Shown: positions 40,446 through 52,374 of the stretch, in pieces
Numbering within the stretch: position 1 is the first letter of the stretch
Layout: each line of letters begins with the position of its first letter
Source of the DNA: Mytilus californianus
Lineage: Eukaryota
Assembly (NCBI RefSeq): GCF_021869535.1
Contig: NW_026262723.1
Coordinates: 9,114,001 to 9,178,000 of the forward strand
Reading direction: 5' to 3'
DNA length: 64,000 nt
The notes under the pieces: generated by a model
Seen by the model: only the letters and a program-made list of their open reading frames with translations
Databases searched by the model: none
Told to the model about the DNA's origin: nothing
Made by a program: the position numbers and the translations under genes

Positions 40446-43400
40446 TGTGCGTTTTTAAAAATATTACCCAGAAAGCATTATGCAAATTGTTTAATAGCTA
40501 TCCCAAGTGAAATAAAACTCCATAGAACATATTTGAATTTCAAATTATAATAACATTATGAAGTGTGTCATTAGTGGAGCAGGATCTGTTTAGTATTCTT
40601 CTGGAGCATCTGAAATTAAACCCGATTTTTTGGTGGGATTTGCGTTGCTCAGTCTTTTTGTTGATATCTAGTGTTTCATGGACTTGTGTGTCTTTTCGTC
40701 GTCTTTCGCCTTAGAGTTATTGACATTAGTGTCTCCGTACTGATAGCCTTTCATTGTCTTTTAATGTATCTTCCACCTCTTTTTACGTGCAATGTAAATT
40801 CGTTAAATTGAACCTTTTCGATGAAAGACGAAACGTACAACCACATGTTAATAACGAATGCAATAAAAAAAAGGTATTTCTAAACGCATGTAGTAATAAC
40901 TTACTGTATCTGGAAGGGATAATGGACGCAGTTTGTTATAATCATCACTACCACACGTGTCCCATAAAACGAGGTCTACTACTTTGTCGTTCGCAGTTAC
41001 AGTTGTTTAAAAATCAAATCTGAAATTTAGTAAACAGTGTTTAAATTAATAATTTTAAAATTACTTTTGATTTTATTGTGCTGTATACTTGAGTAAGTTG
41101 TTAAAACATTTATGTACTTTATCAATTCGTTGTTATTATCATAATTATGTGAGGAACTTCATTGTAGATCATTTTTAACTTTAACGACAACGAAAACATC
41201 CAAACGCTCTGAGGACATGGAATAACGGGAAAATCATTATGGCTATGCCCGTGATAACGTTATTTTTGAAATATATCAGTTTATATGAAGTTCCAATATT
41301 ATTTGTTATTTTTCAACTCATGCTGCTGTATAAGCGAGATTTTATTGTTTTCTCTTTGATATCCGCATTCGTTAAGATGTATAGCGATCACAGACATTAT
41401 GATGAAAAATTAACTGATGGAGGTAAAAAAAGAAAAAAGATGCTCTAGACGTTGCTTGTTAATCAAGCAATTGAAATAAGAGCACCTTTTGTGTTGACCT
41501 CCATCAGTTTTTGTTTTATATTTATCATAGTATAATTCATTTTCACAAAATTATGGTCATTTTTCTCTTTAATTGGTTTACTCACCTTGTGTTTATATCG
41601 GAAAGTTAACAAAAACTATTGAAATTTAAATTATATTGGCACCAAGACTTTGACAGTGACTGATAATGCTATGACATTGTACGAAACCAAAAGGGGTCAA
41701 TGTTTATATTGAATCCCTGGACACACAAAAAAATCTCGATCAAGGGTAGCGGCCAAAGCAAATTATGCTAAAATTGTTATACATTATGGAAATAATTGGA
41801 CTAAAACTGACTTCTGATGTTCAGTAGTTGTCGTTTGTTGATGTGGTTTATAAGTGTTTCTCGTTTGTCGTTTTTTATATAGATTAGACCGTTGGTTTTC
41901 CCGTTTGAATGGTTTTACACTAGTAATTTTTGGGGCCCTTTATAGCTTACTGTTCGGTGTGAGCCAAGGCTCCGTGTTGAAGACCGTACTGCGACCTATA
42001 ATGGTTTACTTTTATAAATTTTGACTTGGATGGAGAGTTGTCTCATTGGCACTCATACCACATCTTCTTATATTTATTTACAACACAAATAATGCCTACG
42101 TAAGGGGTCAGTACTTCGTATTTATATGTGATACGCCTTAACGAGGTTGGTTAATGTATGTTAATTCTAACATCACAACAGTTACTATTCGTTTGAAAAA
42201 TTTGAAGTATTTTTAGCAAATTAATAAAAACATATCTCAGGGCCAATGTTCATTCTTTGTTAACCTAGTCCTTTACTTTCTGCTGCATACAATATGCAAA
42301 CTTAATTTTCAAAACAAAAGTATAACAAAAATACCGAACACCAAGGCAAATTAAAAAAGTCCATAATACTGACAAAATCAAATGATATTAATCAACGAAA
42401 CAAGTGAATAAACAACTGTCATATTCCTGACTTAGTACAGGCATTTTTTGAAGAAAATGGTAGGTTAAACCTGGTTTTAACGCTAGCTAAACCTTCTACT
42501 TGTATAACAGTAGTTTGCATGTCCGTTGTATCGACAAAATTGGGTGAGCAACCCCGAATAGTCATAATAGGTTAATGTGACAATAATTGGGATTCAGCAG
42601 CCAAACTGTGTAAACAAACATCACAGACATACAACACAACTGACTAAACAATTCAAACAAATATAAAAAATAATCTAAAGTAGACTTACACGAGTGGAAT
42701 ATCTTCTTCCTGAAATATGTTATATGCGTACGACATAATCAATGATGTCTTCCCAACCTTTCTGAAATACAGGTATAATGTAGTAATGTTGTACAAAATG
42801 TATGCTAACTAATATTATTAGGTAACAGTCAGATTGTTATAACTTTTTTCACTCAATGTAGACATATTAGTCAAAACACTTCTTTTTTCACTTTTTTTTT
42901 GGGGGGTGTGTCTTCAAATGAGTAAAGAGTATTAAACGCCAAACACACGGTAAAATAGATTTGTGTATGTTTTTTCTTTTCTTTGTTTTTGTTAGTTGAA
43001 TTGTGAATTTTGTACCGATGTAGCTTATACATAGTGTGTCTTGCAAGCGAGCCCTTTTCAACTGATTTTTACAGTTTCTTATCATGTTGTGTTGTTACAC
43101 AACGGCCCAAGATTAGAGTATGGTTGACTCCGTCGCATACGAATATATGAGCATGTCCCTAGTCACGTAAGATTACTCGATTTATGAGTTTTAATGTCCC
43201 GCTGGTATCTTTCGCCCCTCTTTTAAATATGTATCATCTTCCTCTGGTGTCTTTTGGATATTATCTCAATCATACCAAATTGCCCTTATATTTTTAGTAA
43301 AAAAAATACACATGATATACACAACATTAATGCAGAAACTGCTTAAAAAATAGCTGACGTCATTTGTAATGGAAAGAGTAAAAAGTAGGATGCTATCCTC

Positions 43401-45584
43401 CATACTTACATATCTCCCATCACAACACATTTTACTTGGATCCTGTCCATAAATATTTCTTTACTCTATTAAAACTTATATTTAATCCCGATCGGAAAGT
43501 CCGGTTATTAGTGATCATATAGATAAGCACGTATATATAAAAAGAAGGAGATATGTATACTGTACAATGTAATCTATTGCGAAAACCCATAAGAGTCACG
43601 CACATGTACAAAAATGTACATGTGCATACATGTATGTAATGTTGAATGAGAGGTATTTGTGTGAAAGTTTAATTTACAAAAATTGCCTTATAGTATAACG
43701 TAGGATTAAAAATAATAAAATTAATTCATAATAGCTTCCTTTTAATGTAGTATCTTGTATATCGAACATGTCAAGGATATAGTTTACATATAAATATTTT
43801 TACGATGGTCAAATAATAAAAAAGCGAGAGTATGGAACAAAAACTTTAATCACTATCACAAGGAATAATCACTGTAGCTATCATCACTACGGGTTACACA
43901 ACTGGAGAAGGAACTGCATATACCTGGGTTCACCATGGTTTTTAGTGAAGCTCGTATTAAGCAGTCATTGACTGTACATTGCGTGTTGATTGTCATTTCT
44001 TTCTATTTTCTTTAGACTGATCTATCTGTCTGTTAATGATTTCTCACTACCATGTTTGGTATCTTCTGGTTATTTTTTCTTACGGCATCAGTATCTATTC
44101 CGGCCATTGTTTTGCAAGTTTGATTTGATTCTTTCTTATATAAACAAGATTTTTTTTATTTACTTCACCGCATAAAAAAGTGACCGCAATGAAATTGTAC
44201 CGAAGTACAGAAAATGACAAACTATGATAAAAAAAAAGTAAACAAATCTGTAGTCAGACATTGATTTCAAGTAAGGACATAGGAAATGAGAGCCCATATC
44301 GTCCCCAATTTACAATAGACTAAGTTCTAAAAATACTTAATTGTTTGTTGTCACCTAGTTCACCTTAAGAGATCATAATTAGTTTTTATAGTATATTATA
44401 TTTGGATATCTGAATTTTTTTTATTTTGACGTGAATGTGATGAACATCTATACATGTGCCCAAAATACCCTTGTCAAAAGTACAAGGTACCAATAAATAT
44501 TGTTAAAGATTAAATATTGCCTCTATGTGCCTTTCGATGATTTCCATTTATTTTATTTATTTATTTTTTTTTGGGGGGGGGGGGGGGGCTGTCTTATTGA
44601 TGTATAAACCCAGATCTCCTTTTAATCATAAGACGCCAATATAAAGATTATGATGTTGCAAGTGTTAGATGACAATGTCAATCAAAATACTACAAAATTA
44701 TAGAACAAAATTGTAAAACTTTTATAAAATTTTGAAGCTTTCATATTGTAGTGATTTCGCCAATCACAGGTTCAAGAGATCGTCCAGTTTGTTAAAGATT
44801 GATTGCATGATTATTGTTTGCTTAATGTCCGGCGGCAATTTTTCCAATTTTTCATGCATATTCAGGACGAGAACAATTTAACAATGAATTCGAAAGGTAT
44901 TCCTTACAAAGTATGTCGTACGGGATGAAGGACGGTAAATTTAGACTGCAATTGGAAAAAAGGATATTATGGTTAAGAGTAGAAATTTTGCCTTGAAACT
45001 GATCACCTATAGACCCCTAAAAATTGATGAGGGATACAAATGAAAGAAGAACTTTCAAAACGCACTTTAAGAAGATGATGTGGGGTAAATGTCAAAGAAG
45101 CACAGTCAGACAAGTGACACAAATAACGGCAGGACATATATTGGTCATGTACAGAACAATCTGATTTCTAAAAAGCGCTTCAAGTTGTTCCCTTTCTGTC
45201 ATCAGCCCTTAGACAAAATTGGGTTTATAGACTTCCCTCTGGATATTTTCCAGAAGGAAAGTACCACAACTTTTGAAGAACTTTTTACTAGCAAACCTCA
45301 TATAACATACTTTATTACCACTATCGGAACGATATATGGAATAGGTAACAAAGATCAATTCTACAGTACACGAGTGCATAAAATTTGCAAAGCAAACAAA
45401 AATCTGCTCTTTAAGATAGCAATAACCAATGTATTTGAAAGCATTCGGGAACATGCAGATCCTATGGTATCTGATGTAATGATAGCCGTGTGTATGCTTT
45501 GGTTAAACTTTTTGTCCTTAGTTAGTTTTATAAGCTTTTCATTTTTTGAATAAGTGTTGGATTTTCAAATATTTTGGTCTCGAG

Positions 45585-45626
45585 CATCACTGAAGAGATA
45601 TTTACTGTCGAAATGCGCCTCTGGTG
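45585..45626 (+). ncRNA. Minimal hammerhead relic, one substitution from intact
   Basis: CAUCA-CUGAAGA-GAUA-UUUAC-UGUC-GAAA-U-GCGC-CUC-UGGUG. Stems I and II pair; the stem III pair 15.2-16.2 is broken. Confidence 0.55.
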
Positions 45627-45769
45627 TAGAAAAATTGGTACCGTTTATGCTATTGTAGGGTGTTGAAAAGAACCGAAAAAAGATATTAAATTTTATACTT
45701 TTTTTGTCATACGCTTTGTTTTGTCATACAAGATGGATAATCTTATGATAACAAATATGAAAATAAGAT

Positions 45770-46310
45770 GATGTGGTGTAATTGCTAATGAGACAAATCT
45801 CCACCAGAGGCCATAGAAGTAAACAGCTATAGGTCACCGCACGACCTTCAACAATGAGCAAAACCCATACCGCATAGTTAGCTATAGAGGTTCCTAAATG
45901 ACAAATGTAAAACAATTCAAAATGGAAAACTAACCGCCTGATTTATGTAAAAAAACAGTGAACGAAAAACAAATAAGATATACAGCAACAAACGACAACC
46001 ATTGAATTACAGGCTCCTGATTTGCGACAGGCACATACAGAATGTGGCGGGGTTAAACATGTTAGCGGACGACAACCCTCCCCTAACCTGGGACAGCGGT
46101 GTAACAGTACAACATATGAACAAACTATAAAAATCAGTTGAAAAGGACTTAACTCATCAGATCGATACAAAGCAGAAAAAACAAGTAACCGACCGGACGT
46201 GGCAGGGTATCTATACATCCCTACAACAAAAAAGACACTAACTACAGATCTGACAGTACTCGCAGTTACTGACAGCTAATTCAAAGCCAATAACAACTGA
46301 TACAAGAATA
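45770..46310 (-). repeat. Tail family II copy
   Basis: Homologous to 37060..37500; twister-like core ~46010..46090 with mutated loop. Confidence 0.8.
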
Positions 46311-46372
46311 ATCTAACACTTGATGTTCCGGAAAGGATTTCATTTCCGTCAAGTATGCAGCATCATCCGTTT

Positions 46373-46790
46373 TTATTGATTTATTGATTGTTGGTTGCTT
46401 AACGTCTAGTGGCAAATATTCCATGCATGTTCAGGAAGATAACAAAATAACAATACATATAATAGGTAGTTCCTGTAATACGAGTCGAACGGGATGAAGG
46501 GTAGGGAATTTCAACCGCCACTGGAAAATAAGTAAATGAGATTGGGACAAAAACTAAGCACTGTAACAGGCTATCTACGGACCCCTCAAAGAGTTGTTGC
46601 AAGGTTCTTAACATCAGAGCGCGTGGCATTCTCTTTACAATAGGCATCGGATTTAACGTCCTCATTCTGACCAGACGTGACTGGGAACTTATACATTCCA
46701 CATAACCACATTGACGTCCCACTTTGGCAAGGGTTTTACTGCCGGTCGGAAGAAGACCAAGTGTCCATATTTCTATTCCCAAGTCACCTT
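46373..46790 (-). mobile_element. SINE-like relic, same family as 37790..38115
   Basis: Reverse complement contains GGACGTTAAATCCGATGCC...AAGAACCTTGCAACAACTCTTTGAGGGGTCCG and the GCCACTAGACGTTAAGCAACCAACAATC tail. Confidence 0.6.
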
Positions 46791-47389
46791 TGGGGTCTCA
46801 ACCGTTTTGTATTGCATGTATTAGTGTAATGTCGTATTCTGATATTTTTCCCACAGTAATGTTTAGATTCAACTTCCCATTTTAAAGGTGACATGACTTC
46901 AACATGTTCAATACGGTGATCTATTCGGTGATATGCTGTTCGGTGTTTTCCTTCATCATCGTAGACCTTCAATGTGACTTCTTAGAATTTAATATATATC
47001 CCAGACTTCTTTTTTCCATCAATGGAGATAGAAAGGAAGTGTGTTTAGTGCTAACATACCATAAAAGCCTTGTTTAAACCCGCCACATATGCATTTGTCT
47101 GTCTTAAGTGTGGATGTGGTAATGCCCTGCTTAAGACAATAGGGGTATTATATTTTCCAGTCTTTACACTGTCCGTCCGTTACTCTTCGAAGATTTTGGT
47201 TAAGGTACAGTTAACATAAACTTGAAACTAAGTTGACATGTTAACGTTTTGGTTAAAGTAGTGAAGCACGAATTTGTTGTCATATTGGCTAAAAATCTAT
47301 CAATCATACTTATTAGAATCTGAAATTTTAAAAATGTACGGATTTTCATGTAGATTTTGCGGTTTACTGAACTGAACCTTCAGAATAAG

Positions 47390-47645
47390 ACTTATCACCG
47401 GGTTTGTACTTACATGAGCAACAAGACGGGTGCCACATGTAGAGCAGGATCTTTTTACCATTTCTGAGCACCTGAGATCACCTCCGGTTTTTTGGTTGGG
47501 TTCGTGTTTCCCCGTCTTTGGTTTTCTGTGTTGTGTTTTGTGCACTGTTGTTTGTCTGTTGGTCTTTTTCTTTTCATGCCAAGGCGTTGTCAGTTTATTT
47601 CCGACTTTGAGCGACCCTTTGGTATATTTCGCCTCTCTTTTGTAA
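47390..47645 (+). repeat. Naiad tail family I orphan copy
   Basis: ACCGGGTTTGTACTTACATGAGCAAC...GGGTGCCACATG...GAGCACCTGAGATCACC. Further copies near 40570, 43910 and 54420. Confidence 0.8.
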
Positions 47646-48208
47646 ATATAACAGTAGGTTGATATTGATCAGTGAATTTTTTAAAGCATATTCAACAATT
47701 CAACAAAAGTAAAATTCTCAACAAGAACTAGTATTAATAAAAACTTCAAAATCTAAACTCGCTTAAAATTCCAGTAAAGCACAGTTTTATATATATAAAT
47801 TTTACTGATTGTATAATTGTTTGTCACACAACTGGCTTGATTTACATATACTAGATACTTGACAAAGTAAAAACATATATTTTGAAATATTGTTTATACT
47901 ATTATGATCTATACACAAAAGAATATGTTGTTGTTGTTTTTTTTAGATAAAGCGTTTGATACAGTTTTTTCCTTATTGAAAACACCTTTATGTCACATTG
48001 CTTTTCTTACTAGTACTACTAATTTGTAAAGACACGTGTAAAATTGAGAACATACAGACAATAAAAAACTTACTAACAAAAAACGAGGAAGTGCCTTGGT
48101 TTTCCTGTCTTTTGTAAATCAATATAAAAGATGGTAAGTTAAAATATTGTTATATAGTTGGCATTTAACTAAAGTTTTATTGCAAATACCATCAGGATAT
48201 TGACAGAA

Positions 48209-51200
48209 ATGTCTCCTACGTTACAAGGTAGGATATGTTAAAAATATGATGATCAAAATCTTTCAGTTTTGTAAGAGCAAGATTATATGTTTTATAGAAA
48301 TAAGAAGATGTGGTATGATTGCCAATGAGACACCTCTCCATCCAAGTCACAATGTGTAAAAAGTAAACAATTATAGGTCAAAGTACGGCCTTCAACACGG
48401 AGCCTTGGCTCACACCAAACAGCAAGCTTTAAAGGGCTCCAAAATGACTAGTGTAAAACAATTCAAACAGGAAAACGAACGGTCTAATCCATATAAAAAA
48501 TGAGAAACACTTAAGAACCACATCAACAAACGACAACCACTAAAACAGGTTCCTGACTTAGGACAGGTGCAAACAAATGCAGCGGGTTTAACGTTTTAAC
48601 AGGCGCCAATTTAACATAGATAATATAACTAATGTATGAGTATTACATAAAATCTGACAGATTCATAAAGATTTTTTTTGCAAAAACACATCTTAACATT
48701 TTTTCTTTTGTTGATTCTTTAATCAGTTATCTCCAATTGCTTTCCTGGACAAAGTCAGGAACATGACAGTTGTTTTCCATATTTTCCGTTGGTTAATAAC
48801 GTCTAACGTCTGATTTTGTCAGTTTTTATGGACTTCTCTTTTCGAATTTACTTTTTAGTTTGGTATTTTTGTTGATACTATTTTTAGACATATTTGTTTT
48901 TTGGGATAGAACGACACTGTTTGAGAATAAGCAACGATTGAAATACTAAAGACACAGGGGAGCCATTTATATCAAAGAGTCAAATCTAACGACAAAAAGC
49001 GATGAATCGTGGCGGATTGGAATGAATAAAATAAAACTTCCTAAATTTCTCGAGCTTAACTAGAAAGAGCCTGGCTAAGATAGGTTTTTCTAGTCACATC
49101 AAATCTCCCTTGTGTATGAAATTAGTTCTCAAGACCAAGTTTTCCATTATTAAAAACACATAATTACCCTATTTTTTTTTCTTTTTTCTAATTTTTGTAT
49201 TACAGGGCTTAAATTTTTCTTCCTGTTGCTTGTCATTTACATGCAGTTCATGCAAACAACTAGTGTTGGAGGAATTGTCGATTCACCATGTCCTTCTTCA
49301 ATATGCACATGTCAAGACTTTGAGGCTATCTGTTCAGGAGAATATATTCCACGTATGCCAGCAAGGGTTAAACAGATAACGTTTATGAACGGGCAAATAA
49401 AAATACTTTCTGGAATAACAATGGCAAACCTCACAAATAGTAATGTGACACGTCTGAACTTCACTAACAATGGGATTCAGGAGATGAAAACAGACGCGTT
49501 TTTACATATGACAACCATGATACAATTATCTATTTGCGAAGAATCAGCCTTGAATCCGATTGATGTTAGGAATGCTTTGAAAAATATATCTCCAAATCAG
49601 CTACGAAGAATTAGTTTTACCGACAACGCTTGGAAGGAGGTCCCGATTGATATGTTTGATTCTCTTCAAAACAGGAAATCTAAAATCATTGCTCTTACAG
49701 GCAACAACTTTAATGTTTTCAATTTGTCAACATTTTCAAATGTAGAAAAATTGATTAAGCTAAATCTCCAACAAAATCAAATAAGAACAGTTATATTAGG
49801 ATATCTATCGAATGTTCAACGACTGGATCTTGGATATAATGACATTAGCGACATTCCTTCTTTTTGCTTTCATAATACCAGCAACAGTAAAATGCCAAAT
49901 TTGGCATTTCTTAGTTTGGCCTTTAACAGTTTAAAGAATCTACGACCAGTTAGATGCCTCCCAAGGCTGAAAGAACTTCGCTTGGAACAAAATTCGTTGA
50001 AACGTATTCAAACAAACACATTCGCATATTTGAATTCTTTGACAAAATTATACCTCATGGCTGTCGGAGGAAAAAACTTAGATACTTTAGAGAAAGGAGC
50101 TTTCAACAGTACCTCTCTAAGACATTTGTCCTTACGTGACTGTAATTTCCATTTTGATAAATTGAATCTATCTGCTCTCGCAGATCTGTTTTCAAACTGC
50201 AAAAATCTCCAACATTTGGACCTTGCTCAAAATGATATAAATCCTGGTAGGATACTTTTAGGACCAATGCTTTTTCCTTTAGAAAGGCTGATATACCTTA
50301 ATCTAGAGTTAACTAAGCTAACTTATTTGCCAAACCAAGTGTTCTCAAAAATGTCTCTTTTGGAAACCCTAAGCATTAATTCAAATAAGATATATGGTTG
50401 GGACGAGGCTAGAATATTTGACAATGTAACTACTCTACAAGAACTTGACGTGAGTAACAACTATATCAAAGTTGTAAATAAATCATCCATTCCACCTCAG
50501 CTGTTGTCAAGTTTGCGTAGAATAAATCTTGCTACGAACCAGTTTTCTTGTACCTGCCACCAAATGTGGTTTGTCAATTGGCTCAGAAGTACCAAAATTG
50601 ATATTGTCAATTATCCAAAAAGATATCGTTGTGTGCAACCACCAGCTTTAAACGGTGTGCAACTTAAAGACTATAAGCCAACTGTTGAGTCATGTACTCC
50701 CTGGAATCCACTTTTTACCATAGCAATTTCAATGTCAGTCTTCGGATTTATCATTATTGTATCAATAACAGTTTTTGTAAGGTGCTATACTAATTTAAAG
50801 AATTATATATATCTTTTAAAAGTAAGTCGACGACGACGACAGGGTTATCTTCCAATAGATAACAGTGAAGATTATGAGTATCACGCGTTTGTCGTTTACT
50901 GCGATTCTAACCGTTTATGGGTGCATAACGAGTTTGTCAAGAAGCTTGAAAACGAGGAAGGATTTAAACTGTGCATTCATCACAGAGATTTTGCTGTAGG
51001 TGAAACGATAATTGGAAATGTAGATACATTATTGAAAAAATCTTGGAAAGTCGTTGTCATAATGTCAAATGCATTTGCCAAAAGTGAATGGTGTCAGTGG
51101 GAAGTTGACATTGTTCAAGAAAGACGACGAAGGCAAGGTCGAGAAGTTCTTCTTTTGATAATGCTTGAAAATATAAATTCGAAAAACATGACCAGTCCCT

Positions 51201-51328
51201 TGCGTACCTTACTGGACAGTACACCTCACCTTAAATATAAGAAAGGTATGGGTGAAGAATTGTTTTGGAAAGCTATAACCGAGGGTCTTCGAAAACCGAT
51301 TGGACAACCACCAATTTCAGTTCTTTGA
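48209..51328 (+). CDS. Toll-like receptor, single-cysteine-cluster type, ~713 aa; predicted exons 48209..48227 and 49206..51328
   Basis: ORF has LRR-NT (CPSSICTC), multiple LRRs, LRR-CT (NQFSCTC...YRC), a TM helix and a TIR domain (YHAFVVY, LCIHHRDF, SEWCQWE). Acceptor TTACAG at 49205; upstream ATG exon MSPTLQG with phase-1 donor CAAG|GTAGG gives signal peptide MSPTLQGLKFFFLLLVIY. First exon is inferred. Confidence 0.92.
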
Positions 51329-51728
51329 AGTTTTGAAATTAAAATGGACTACTTATATTTCGAGATAATTGATGGTTATAGTATATATTGCATGTTATAA
51401 TACTAAGGTTTTGATACCCCTCAGGTAAAATTGCAACTAGACGGCTTCGCTTGTTCTGGAAAGGCCTTTTAAGTTTTATGCTCTAATATCTATATATATT
51501 TTTGGCTTTCTTAACTATTATTTTTATCAATTACTTGCAATTACAAGTTTACAAATTTATGAAATATCATTAATTACCATGAATATTTACTTAAATATAA
51601 TAGCCCATGCAATTTAACGTAGAAAGGTAGACTAGTGTTCATCGCACAAAGGCAAATACTACAGGCATATCAGGACGAGAAAATGTTAAAATAATATGAA
51701 TATGAACCCCGCTGCTTTATACTGTACC

Positions 51729-52374
51729 AGCATCAAACGTGATAGTTCACGGGGAAAACCTGTCAACCTACCCAGACACATAGCATCAAACGTGATAGTT
51801 CACGGGGAAAACCTGTCAACCTACCCAGACACATAGCATCAAACGTGATAGTTCACGGGGAAAACCTGTCAACCTACCCAGACACATAGCATCAAACGTG
51901 ATAGTTCACGGGGAAAACCTGTCAACCTACCCAGACACATAGCATCAAACGTGATAGTTCACGGGGAAAACCTGTCAACCTACCCAGACACATAGCATCA
52001 AACGTGATAGTTCACGGGGAAAACCTGTCAACCTACCCAGACACAATATTCTTAGCGTGATAGTTCACGGGGAAAACCTGTCAACCTACCCAGACACATA
52101 GCATCAAACGTGATAGTTCACGGGGAAAACCTGTCAACCTACCCAGACACAATATTCTTAGCGTGATAGTTCACGGGGAAAACCTGTCAACCTACCCAGA
52201 CACAATATTCTTAGCGTGATAGTTCACGGGGAAAACCTGTCAACCTACCCAGACACAATATTCTTAGCGTGATAGTTCACGGGGAAAACCTGTCAACCTA
52301 CCCAGACACAATATTCTTAGCGTGATAGTTCACGGGGAAAACCTGTCAACCTACCCAGACACAATATTCTTAGC
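51729..52374. repeat. 53-bp minisatellite, 12 full units plus a partial, two variants (order AAAAAABABBBB)
   Basis: Shared core CGTGATAGTTCACGGGGAAAACCTGTCAACCTACCCAGACACA plus TAGCATCAAA (A) or ATATTCTTAG (B). Confidence 0.97.

Larger units (their letters stand above)
38423..43450 (-). pseudogene. Divergent Rho GTPase gene C; exons 43410..43450, 42690..42761, 40905..41019, 39370..39432, 38423..38719; in-frame TAA at 41007..41009
   Basis: [75 protein letters not shown]|DVFFVCFSLDDPDSFEFIEQK|CYPDIKLLCP...GTKKD...ECSAK...STCNLL. All splice sites intact; exon 3 is 3 nt shorter than in paralogs. Confidence 0.8.

Noticed and set aside
41007-41009. Readthrough or alternative acceptor rescuing gene C
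   Set aside because: TAA-A is a poor readthrough context, the nearest downstream AGs are in the wrong phase, and skipping exon 3 shifts the frame.
49226-49228. TTG start of the TLR ORF given in the track
   Set aside because: A strong acceptor at 49205 and an in-phase upstream ATG exon give a better signal peptide.
51729-52374. CRISPR-like appearance (constant repeat with a variable 10-nt block)
   Set aside because: Only two variants rather than unique spacers, no cas genes, and an animal intron-exon context.
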